NCBI GenBank assembly: GCA_964561345.1
Contig: CAZLPH010000002.1
Location: 1-43,024, forward strand
Direction of reading: 5' to 3'
DNA from: an uncultured Candidatus Epulonipiscium sp.
GTDB lineage: Bacteria; Bacillota; Clostridia; Lachnospirales; Cellulosilyticaceae
Length of the DNA: 43,024 nt
Shown: in pieces, positions 17,892 through 25,075 of the stretch
Layout of the letters: each line of letters begins with the position of its first letter
Position numbering within the stretch: the first letter of the stretch is position 1
Notes under the pieces: model-generated
Seen by the model: the letters and a program-made list of their open reading frames with translations, nothing else
Told to the model about the DNA's origin: nothing
Databases searched by the model: none
Position numbers and translations under genes: made by a program

Positions 17892-19190
17892 ATGATAAAA
17901 AAGAAAAATAAAAAACTTTTCAATCTAGGGATTGGCTTATTATGTTTGTCTTTACTAATAAGTCCATTTGTTGTACTCCATTATTGGTTTCCACAAAGAA
18001 TACGCTTAATAGAAGGACAAGAACATCTATTTGAATTTTCTTTACCCCTTGAGGCTACAGTTACACCAGAAAAAATAGGTGTTCTTAAGATTAACAATGA
18101 ACCTATAGCAGACTCTAACATTAAGATTAACTTGAAGAAACCTTTTACCATGCAAATGGATGATCTAGGACAAGTAGACGTTCAGCTTTCATTACTTGGC
18201 TTTATACCTGTGATTAATATGAAAGTTGACGTTATGCCTTCTACCCAGGTTATCCCTTGTGGCAATACTGTTGGGGTAAAGATTTCAACTGATGGTGTTA
18301 TGGTCTTGGGCTTAGGATCGGTGAAAGGGGAGGATGATCAAAGTTATGAACCTGGAAGAGGGGTGTTAGAAATAGGAGATCTTATTTTAGAAGTTGATCA
18401 CAAAAAGCTTGATTCAAAGGAAGATCTTATAGCTGCCATTACCCAAAATAACGGGTTACCCTTAAAGATGAAGATTCGCCGGGGAAAATCTATTATTCGA
18501 AAATCAATCACGCCTATCTATGCAAAAGAAGAAGGGGTATACAAGATTGGCGTTTGGGTAAGAGACAGTACTCAAGGGATTGGGACTATTACCTACTATA
18601 ATCCGGGGACCAAGACTTACGGGGCTTTAGGACACGGGATTACAGATATTGACACAAAGCAGATTATGTCTGTAAGAGGCGGAGAATTAGTGAAAACAGA
18701 CATTCTTTCCGTTAAAAAAGGAAAAAAAGGGGCACCAGGAGAGCTAACAGGGGTTATTCATACGAACAAAGAGTCGGTTATCGGTAATATTCAGAAAAAT
18801 ACAGACCAAGGAATTTATGGTAGCTTTTATGATACAGGACTAGATCTTTTGCAAAACGAACCTGTGTTTTTAGCTTTTCAAAATGAAGTTGTTGAAGGTC
18901 CAGCTTATATACTTGCCAATATAAGGGGAGACCAAGTAGAACGGTATGAGGTTAGCATCCAAAAGGTATCAAGATATAACAATGATATTTCAAAAGGGAT
19001 GGTGGTGAAAATTGTTGATGAACAATTGATTGATGCTACAAATGGAATTGTACAAGGAATGAGCGGAAGCCCTATTATACAAAATAATAAATTAATCGGC
19101 GCCATTACCCATGTTTTTGTTCAGGACCCTACTAAGGGCTATGGTATATTTATAGAAAACATGCTTGAAAAAGAAAAACAAGTAAAGTAA
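17892..19190 (+). CDS. spoIVB: SpoIVB signalling serine peptidase (S55)
   Basis: 432 aa with an N-terminal TM segment, a PDZ-like region and a protease domain carrying 'GIGTITYY.P....YGALGHGI' and 'IVQGMSGSPII.N.KLIGAITHVF'. Confidence 0.9.
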   Translation: MIKKKNKKLFNLGIGLLCLSLLISPFVVLHYWFPQRIRLIEGQEHLFEFSLPLEATVTPEKIGVLKINNEPIADSNIKINLKKPFTMQMDDLGQVDVQLSLLGFIPVINMKVDVMPSTQVIPCGNTVGVKISTDGVMVLGLGSVKGEDDQSYEPGRGVLEIGDLILEVDHKKLDSKEDLIAAITQNNGLPLKMKIRRGKSIIRKSITPIYAKEEGVYKIGVWVRDSTQGIGTITYYNPGTKTYGALGHGITDIDTKQIMSVRGGELVKTDILSVKKGKKGAPGELTGVIHTNKESVIGNIQKNTDQGIYGSFYDTGLDLLQNEPVFLAFQNEVVEGPAYILANIRGDQVERYEVSIQKVSRYNNDISKGMVVKIVDEQLIDATNGIVQGMSGSPIIQNNKLIGAITHVFVQDPTKGYGIFIENMLEKEKQVK

Positions 19191-19223
19191 ATAGCTAAAA
19201 GCCATAATAATCCATATATGGTA

Positions 19224-19252
19224 TTGCCTTTATTCTCAACATTCGTTATAAT
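19224..19252 (+). promoter_or_regulatory. Putative sigma-A-type promoter upstream of spo0A
   Basis: TTGCCT-N17-TATAAT, ~55 nt upstream of the spo0A start. Confidence 0.4.
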
Positions 19253-19307
19253 GTGAGAGTAAATGGTATTTAGTGTTAATATTATAAATAAATAGGGGGA
19301 AATAATT

Positions 19308-20126
19308 TTGAAAAACAAAAAAATTAGGGTGGCAATAACAGATGATAACAGGGATTTTTGTGAGATATTATCAGGCTATTTAGGGAAACAGGCTGATATG
19401 GAGATAGTTGGGATGGCTCATAACGGTTTAGAAGCTTGCGCACTAATACAAACCAAGCAACCTGATGTCGTGATTTTAGATGTAATTATGCCTCATCTAG
19501 ATGGAATTGGTGTTCTGGAACGGGTAAACACCATGGATTTAGATAAACGACCAGTATTTATTATGCTCTCGGCAGTAGGTCAAGATAAAATTACGGAGAA
19601 GGCGTTAAATCTTGGAGCAGAATATTATATTATAAAACCTTTTGATATGGAAACTTTAATGAATCGAATTCGCCAATTAAAGTCAAGTCAGCAAATTATT
19701 AAAAATGCACCTCCAATAGCCAGTACAAGTTATATGACAAGCCAAGAACAACCAGTTTATGAGCTATCAGCCTTAGGCTTAGAGAAAGAAGTAACCAACG
19801 TCATACATGAAATCGGGATTCCTGCACATATTAAAGGCTACCAGTACTTAAGAGAAGCAATTACTATGTCTATTAATGATATGGATATCTTGAACTCAAT
19901 TACAAAGCAGTTATATCCTAATATTGCAAAGAAGTATAATACCACCCCAAGTAGAGTAGAAAGAGCTATTAGACATGCTATAGAAGTAGCTTGGAGCAGG
20001 GGAAAGATGGATACGATCGATAAACTCTTTGGCTACACGATTAATAATGGAAAGGGAAAACCAACCAATAGCGAATTTATTGCTTTGATAGCAGACAGAT
20101 TACGCTTAGAACTACAAGTTGGCTAA
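19308..20126 (+). CDS. spo0A: Sporulation master regulator Spo0A
   Basis: 272 aa with a TTG start 7 nt after an AGGGGGA SD. The receiver domain is '[16 protein letters not shown]...[14 protein letters not shown]'. The C-terminal Spo0A-specific DNA-binding domain carries '[20 protein letters not shown]' and '[17 protein letters not shown]'. Confidence 0.95.
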   Translation: MKNKKIRVAITDDNRDFCEILSGYLGKQADMEIVGMAHNGLEACALIQTKQPDVVILDVIMPHLDGIGVLERVNTMDLDKRPVFIMLSAVGQDKITEKALNLGAEYYIIKPFDMETLMNRIRQLKSSQQIIKNAPPIASTSYMTSQEQPVYELSALGLEKEVTNVIHEIGIPAHIKGYQYLREAITMSINDMDILNSITKQLYPNIAKKYNTTPSRVERAIRHAIEVAWSRGKMDTIDKLFGYTINNGKGKPTNSEFIALIADRLRLELQVG

Positions 20127-20137
20127 ATATATCAAGA

Positions 20138-20175
20138 GGGGCAATTCCTACACAAGTAGGAACTGTCCCATTTTA
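20138..20175 (+). terminator. Terminator after spo0A
   Basis: GGGGCAATTCCTAC-acaa-GTAGGAACTGTCCC followed by ATTTT. Confidence 0.6.
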
Positions 20176-20228
20176 CTCTTATATGATAAAATAAATATAA
20201 AAGGAAATAAAGACAGGGGGCGATCTCT

Positions 20229-21734
20229 ATTAAACTATCAGATTTAATGGGATACTCAGATATAGTGATTCAGTGCCACGATAACCCAGATCCAGATACA
20301 ATTGGTGCAGGTTATGGGCTCTACAAGTTTTTTCAAAGTAAAGGAAAAAAGGTTAGATTAATTTATGGCGGGAATCTAAAGATGACAAAACCTAATGTTG
20401 TCTTACTTGTGAATGAATTTAAGATACCCTTAGAATACATAAAAGAAATAGAGATAAAAGAGCTTTTAATTACCGTAGATGCACAGTACGGTGCAGGAAA
20501 TATAACCAAGTTTCAAGCGGATAAGATTGCAGTTATAGATCACCATCTATCTAATATTGAAGGAGATGAAATGACAGAGATAAGAAGTTATCTCTCTAGT
20601 GCTTGTACCTTAGTTTGGGATCTTTTGCGCGAGGAAAATTTTCCGGTGAATGACCATATTGATGTTGCAACTTGCCTTTATTATGGACTTTTTACCGATA
20701 CAGGGGGATTTGCAGAAATTGGACATCCCCTTGATAAGGATATGATGGAGAGTCTAATAATAGATAGTAATGTCATTAGGAAATTGAAAAATTCAGTGAT
20801 TACCTTATCAGAACTAGAAATAGCTGGAATGGCTCTTATTAGACATTCCTATAACGAACTAAATAAATTTGTTGTGGTTAAGGCTAAGGAATGTGACCCT
20901 AATATTCTGGGATTTATCAGTGACTTAGCCCTACAAGTCGATAGTGTTTATGTTTGTGTCGTCTATAATGAAAGTGGCAGGGGTATTAAGTTTTCTGTAA
21001 GAAGCTGTGAGAAGGAAATTATGGCTAATGAATTAGCAGTATTCCTAGCAGATGGTATGGGCTCAGGGGGTGGCCATATGGAAAAGGCTGGTGGATTTAT
21101 TAACCGAAAACAATATAATGACCACCATGCACACCTTAACGCAGATGAATATTTTTTAAGTAGGCTGACGAAATATTATAAATCCTTTGATGTCATTTAT
21201 AGTACATATGATCATGTTGACATGGGTGGAATGGAGCTTTATAAGAAAAAACCTCTACCCTTGGGATTTGTTCCCTTAACAGATGTAGTAGTTGACCAAA
21301 CACCCATTATGATTAGGACACTAGAAGGAGACTTGGATTTATTAGCCAGTGACGATATTTATGTGATGATTGGTATAAAAGGAGAAGTGTATCCTATAAC
21401 CAAAGAAAATTTTGAGAAAGATTTTACTGTTTTACAGGAGAAGTATGATAGGGAGTTTGAATACTTCCCTAGTATTAGAAACAAACAAGATAGCAATAGT
21501 ATTAAACTTCAACCCTTTGCCAAAAAATGTATGGCTAAGATAGAAAGCTATATTTATGCAAAACCCCTAACAAAAGCAACAAAGGTATTTACAATGTGGG
21601 ATACTGAAAAATACATGTACGGGGTAATAGGTGATTACCTAGCAGTTAAAGAAGATGACCCTCATGATATTTTTATCGTAAAGAAGGATATATTTCCTAA
21701 AACTTATGACATAGAAACACCCCTAGAATCTTAA
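20229..21734 (+). CDS. DHH/DHHA1-family phosphoesterase with a C-terminal extension
   Basis: Motifs are 'QCHDNPDPDTIG', 'VIDHHL' and 'GSGGGHMEKAGG', plus ~170 extra C-terminal residues. The first ATG (20247) has no SD. An in-frame ATT at 20229 lies 8 nt after AGGGGG and adds 'KLSDL'. The 5' end is therefore uncertain (20229 or 20247). Confidence 0.85.
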   Translation: MKLSDLMGYSDIVIQCHDNPDPDTIGAGYGLYKFFQSKGKKVRLIYGGNLKMTKPNVVLLVNEFKIPLEYIKEIEIKELLITVDAQYGAGNITKFQADKIAVIDHHLSNIEGDEMTEIRSYLSSACTLVWDLLREENFPVNDHIDVATCLYYGLFTDTGGFAEIGHPLDKDMMESLIIDSNVIRKLKNSVITLSELEIAGMALIRHSYNELNKFVVVKAKECDPNILGFISDLALQVDSVYVCVVYNESGRGIKFSVRSCEKEIMANELAVFLADGMGSGGGHMEKAGGFINRKQYNDHHAHLNADEYFLSRLTKYYKSFDVIYSTYDHVDMGGMELYKKKPLPLGFVPLTDVVVDQTPIMIRTLEGDLDLLASDDIYVMIGIKGEVYPITKENFEKDFTVLQEKYDREFEYFPSIRNKQDSNSIKLQPFAKKCMAKIESYIYAKPLTKATKVFTMWDTEKYMYGVIGDYLAVKEDDPHDIFIVKKDIFPKTYDIETPLES

Positions 21735-21750
21735 ATTCTAGGGTGTTTTT
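21721..21750 (+). terminator. Terminator overlapping the DHH stop codon
   Basis: CCCTAGAAT-cttaa-ATTCTAGGG followed by TGTTTTT. Confidence 0.75.
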
Positions 21751-21763
21751 GTATCTATAAACT

Positions 21764-22069
21764 TTATTTAAAAATTATAATCTCAGGCAGACACTTTTCC
21801 ATTGCAATATTGACTAATTCCATATCAGCATCAATAATCTCTTGGCTAATAATCTTAGCTTTTTTACCATCCATCTGGAAATGTATTGGCACAAATACCA
21901 CAAATTTAGAGGTTATGAACCCCATAAAGAAAATAGAAATAGCTGTTATAAGGGCTGTAAGTAGTAGTATAACTGGCATAATCATTAGCATTTCTTTGAT
22001 ATAGTATAAACTGTTAGAAACGGACTCTATAGCCTTGCTTGGTATAAGGATAGCAAGTAGTATATACAA
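21764..22069 (-). pseudogene. Probable 5'-truncated remnant of a membrane-protein gene
   Basis: The 101-aa ORF has only a TTG start and no SD. A stop lies 6 codons upstream in frame, and its 5' end overlaps the Crp/Fnr remnant head-to-head. It has a hydrophobic segment and a soluble tail. No family was recognised. Confidence 0.3.
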
Positions 22070-22259
22070 AACAACTGATTTTATAAGCTATGAATCTTAT
22101 ATTCAAAAAAGTACTGCCGTAAAGGTGGGTATATCAAAAAAAGATTTGGCTCAGAGAATGGAAGTCCAGAGATCTTCTTTGAGTAGAGAATTAAATAAAA
22201 TGCGTAAAGATGGCCTAATTGAATTTGATTCAAAGACTATTACCCTTAAAAATGAATAA
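22035..22259 (+). pseudogene. 5'-truncated Crp/Fnr-family regulator (HTH domain only)
   Basis: '..IRIASSIY...GISKKDLAQRMEVQRSSLSRELNKMRKDGLIEFDSKTITLKN' matches only the last ~70 residues of Crp/Fnr proteins (the HTH). The ~150-aa cNMP-binding barrel is absent. The frame is closed by a TAG at 22002, and there is no ATG or SD. Confidence 0.6.
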
Positions 22260-22266
22260 AAGAAAC

Positions 22267-22302
22267 AACCCCTAAGGCCAGTGGCGCTTAGGGGTTATTT
22301 GT
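22267..22302. terminator. Bidirectional terminator between the Crp remnant and degV
   Basis: AACCCCTAAG-N10-CTTAGGGGTT with an A-rich 5' flank and a T-rich 3' flank. Confidence 0.7.
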
Positions 22303-22306
22303 TAAA

Positions 22307-23161
22307 TTATAGTTTCTGAATTGCAATACCTAGGGTTCCGGGTCCTGTATGAACACCAAGAACGGGGCTGATTTGTCCCTCGGTAAAAATATTGCAATTA
22401 GGAAGCAAAGGCATTAGATTTTCTTTAATTTGATTAGCCTCATCCGCCGCACCCCCATGAACGATACCAACGTTATACTTATTGGAACCTTTAGCGAAAT
22501 CAAGCGCTAATTCTGTAATCTTCTTAATGGAGCGCTTTCGCCCGATAACCTTAGCCATGGTGTAGTAAATGCCATCATCATTACAAGATATAATAGGTTT
22601 TAAATTTAAGGAGGTGCCAAGAAGTGAGGAAACAAGGCCTATTCTACCACCCTTTTGTAGGTATTCTAAAGTTGAGACGCAAAAGAAAATCTTGGAATTA
22701 CTAAGATTTTCAGTGGAGTTCTTAACTAAGGTATCCCAATCCATTCCTGCCTTTAAATTCTCAGCAGCTGCAACAGCATTAAGGCCTGCAGCTATGGCGA
22801 TATTTTTTGTGTCGATTACTAGGATTTCTAAGCCATCAAACTCATTAGCTTGCATTCTTATAGCGTTATAAGTACCGCTAAGTCCGCTAGAGAGACAAAA
22901 AGTTAGAACCTTTTCGTATCCATCTGCTTTGATGCGGGAAAAAACATCATTAATATCATTGCCAGAAGGTAAGGATGTACTTGGGATTTCAGTTTCAAGC
23001 CTAGCATATACTTCTTCTGCCGTGATGTTAACGCCATCAGTATACTCTTTATCCTTGTATATTATTCTAAGTGGAAGAACATACATATTATATTGCGCGA
23101 CCAAACTGGGGGGCACATCAACGCAAGAGTCAACTAAAATTGCTATTTTATCTTTATTCAT
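22307..23161 (-). CDS. DegV-family fatty-acid-binding protein
   Basis: The start is moved to the ATG at 23161 (MNKDKIAILVDS), 5 nt after GGAGG. 'VDSCVDVP', 'SSGLSGTYN' and 'GTLGIA' are typical of DegV. Confidence 0.9.
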   Translation of the reverse strand: MNKDKIAILVDSCVDVPPSLVAQYNMYVLPLRIIYKDKEYTDGVNITAEEVYARLETEIPSTSLPSGNDINDVFSRIKADGYEKVLTFCLSSGLSGTYNAIRMQANEFDGLEILVIDTKNIAIAAGLNAVAAAENLKAGMDWDTLVKNSTENLSNSKIFFCVSTLEYLQKGGRIGLVSSLLGTSLNLKPIISCNDDGIYYTMAKVIGRKRSIKKITELALDFAKGSNKYNVGIVHGGAADEANQIKENLMPLLPNCNIFTEGQISPVLGVHTGPGTLGIAIQKL

Positions 23162-23288
23162 TTTAACCTCCAAATATATGTGTGCTATTGGATTTAAAGA
23201 GATTTCTTTAATGTGTTTACATGGTAACTTAATTAATGTAATAAATCAAGGAATATTGGCATAATTGACACAAAAAAAGGTAATAAGA

Positions 23289-23317
23289 TTGACAAAAGCA
23301 ATCAGTAAACCTATGAT
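23289..23317 (+). promoter_or_regulatory. Near-consensus sigma-A promoter (P1) far upstream of the flavodiiron gene
   Basis: TTGACA(23289-23294)-N17-TATGAT(23312-23317). It would give a leader of about 165 nt. Confidence 0.45.
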
Positions 23318-23402
23318 TAATATAATACGGTGTTTAAAATGGATAAAATAATAGGACTTGGACAAATTAGTTATAGCTGCTATATAATTTTATTGAAAGT
23401 AT

Positions 23403-23444
23403 TTGATTTGAGTCAAAGTAATATAAATTATTTAGGGGTATAAT
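23403..23444 (+). promoter_or_regulatory. FNR/CRP-type box plus -10 (P2) upstream of the flavodiiron gene
   Basis: TTGAT-TTGA-GTCAA (23403-23416) matches the FNR consensus TTGAT-N4-ATCAA at 9 of 10 positions. TATAAT lies at 23439-23444. The box centre falls ~41.5 nt upstream of a TSS placed 7 nt after the -10. Confidence 0.4.
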
Positions 23445-23487
23445 ATGACTAATCAATATAAATATACAACAATAGGAGGTCAAAAGT

Positions 23488-24675
23488 ATGAGTTTTAAAA
23501 TGACAGATAAAGTAACATGGGTAGGGAAGATTGATTGGGAACTACGAAAATTTCACGGTGATGAGTATTCAACTCACAGAGGATCTTCATACAATTCCTA
23601 TCTTATAAAAGGTGAAAAAAATGTTTTAATAGATACTGTGTGGGAGCCTTTTGCGGAAGAGTATATAACCAACCTCAAAAAGGAAATAGATTTAAAAGAT
23701 ATTGACTATGTTATTGTCAATCACGGGGAAGCAGATCATAGTGGTGCCCTGCCTTTGCTTCTTGCAGAGATACCAGATGTGCCAGTTTACTGTACAGCTA
23801 ATGGTGCTAAGATTTTAAAGGCCCACTACCACCAAGATTGGAACTTTGTTGAAGTTAAAACAGGGGACACATTGGATATTGGCGATAACCAGTTAGTGTT
23901 TGTAGAAGCTAGAATGCTTCACTGGCCAGATAGTATGATGACCTATATGACGGGAGAAAACATCTTATTTAGTAACGATGCTTTTGGCCAACACTATGCC
24001 TCAGATCTTATGTACAATGACTGTGTAGACCAAGGGGAACTGTTCCAAGAGGCGATTAAATACTTTGCTAATATCCTAACACCATTTAGTGCCCTTATAA
24101 CAAAAAAGATAGAAGAAATCTTAGCACTGAATTTACCGCTTAGTATGATTGCACCAAGCCATGGTATTATTTGGCGGGACAACCCAGTACAGATTGTGGA
24201 AAAATATATGGAATGGGCCACACCTTACGCCGAAAATCAGGTTACAATCGCATATGATACCATGTGGAATGCCACAAGAAAAATGGCAGAAGCCATAGGG
24301 GAAGGTATTAAATCAGTCGATAAAGATGTTACCATAAAACTATTTAATGCAGCTCTAACTGATAAAAATGATTTAATTACGGAAATTTACAAATCTAAGG
24401 CTTTATTAGTGGGGTGTTCAACAGTTAATAAAAGTATAATGTCTGGCACAGGCGGGATCCTTGACTTAATCAGAGGGCTCGGTTTCAAAAATAAAAAGGC
24501 AGCAGCCTTCGGTTCCTATGGTTGGAGTGGGGAATCAGTAGCCCTTCTAACGCAAAGGCTAAAAGACGCTAAGTTCGACGTTCCAACAGAAGGAATCAAA
24601 GAACTCTGGAACCCAGATCAAGAAGGCCTAGAAAGATGCCGAGCCTTCGGCGCCGAATTTGCCAAAAATCTATAA
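23488..24675 (+). CDS. Flavodiiron protein (FprA-type O2/NO reductase)
   Basis: 395 aa. The metallo-beta-lactamase-like domain carries the diiron motif 'NHGEADHSG', followed by a C-terminal flavodoxin domain ('VTIAYDTMWNATRKMAEAI...GCSTVN...FGSYGWSGE'). An AGGAGG SD is present. Confidence 0.92.
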   Translation: MSFKMTDKVTWVGKIDWELRKFHGDEYSTHRGSSYNSYLIKGEKNVLIDTVWEPFAEEYITNLKKEIDLKDIDYVIVNHGEADHSGALPLLLAEIPDVPVYCTANGAKILKAHYHQDWNFVEVKTGDTLDIGDNQLVFVEARMLHWPDSMMTYMTGENILFSNDAFGQHYASDLMYNDCVDQGELFQEAIKYFANILTPFSALITKKIEEILALNLPLSMIAPSHGIIWRDNPVQIVEKYMEWATPYAENQVTIAYDTMWNATRKMAEAIGEGIKSVDKDVTIKLFNAALTDKNDLITEIYKSKALLVGCSTVNKSIMSGTGGILDLIRGLGFKNKKAAAFGSYGWSGESVALLTQRLKDAKFDVPTEGIKELWNPDQEGLERCRAFGAEFAKNL

Positions 24676-24794
24676 GTGATGACCACATACATGGATCTAG
24701 GCTAGATAATTTATTGCCTAGACCCCTTTAGGGGGGGCGTAGACCTATATCTATCCCTTCGTGCTTGCGCATCCACCCTCTAGGAAAACATCTC

Positions 24795-24823
24795 TTGCCA
24801 CACGCCCAAAACTGTGGTATACT
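24795..24823 (+). promoter_or_regulatory. Promoter of tRNA-Val
   Basis: TTGCCA-N17-TATACT with an extended -10 TG (TGGTATACT). It ends 15 nt before the tRNA 5' end. Confidence 0.55.
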
Positions 24824-24838
24824 TCTAAAGGATTCAGC

Positions 24839-24911
24839 GGTCAGTTAACTCAGCTGGTAGAGTGTCACCTTGACATGGTGGAAGTCGTAGGTTCGAGTCC
24901 TATACTGACCA
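24839..24911 (+). tRNA. tRNA-Val (anticodon GAC)
   Basis: The 73-nt cloverleaf was folded by hand. Acceptor stem: GGTCAGT/ACTGACC. D arm: ACTC-AGCTGGTA-GAGT. Anticodon arm: TCACC-TTGACAT-GGTGG. Variable loop: 5 nt. T arm: GTAGG-TTCGAGT-CCTAT. The discriminator is A and CCA is not encoded. Confidence 0.9.
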
Positions 24912-24912
24912 T

Positions 24913-24964
24913 AAACAAAATAGTCTCTCATTCAATGTAATTGAGAGGCTATTTTGTTTTTTTT
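24913..24964 (+). terminator. Terminator after tRNA-Val
   Basis: AAACAAAATAGTCTCTCA-N10-TTGAGAGGCTATTTTGTTT followed by a T-run. Confidence 0.85.
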
Positions 24965-25075
24965 ATGGAAATTTAAAGAAATTGAATTAAAACACTAAAA
25001 AAGTTGTGTAATCTATGAGATATATAGTAATATAGTATATAGGAAAAATTTAAGTTTATATTTTGGGGTGAAAAA

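Noticed and set aside
19242-19248. Spo0A box upstream of spo0A (TTCGTTA)
   Set aside because: It has two mismatches to the 0A-box TTCGACA/TGTCGAA consensus in a 7-mer, which is easily explained by chance.
21810-22004. 64-aa + strand ORF inside the decayed zone
   Set aside because: It is not the missing N-terminus of the Crp/Fnr remnant. The frame differs, the product is hydrophobic, and there is no cNMP-barrel motif. It is antisense to the other remnant.
22569-23264. Two + strand ORFs (100 and 111 aa)
   Set aside because: Both are antisense to degV or run into its promoter region. Neither has an SD or a family signature.
24696-24734. Terminator for the flavodiiron gene (TCTAGGC-N13-GCCTAGA and CCCC-ttta-GGGG)
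   Set aside because: The stems are short and no T-tract follows. The support is too weak to call. The sequence may belong to the degenerate repeat remnant instead.
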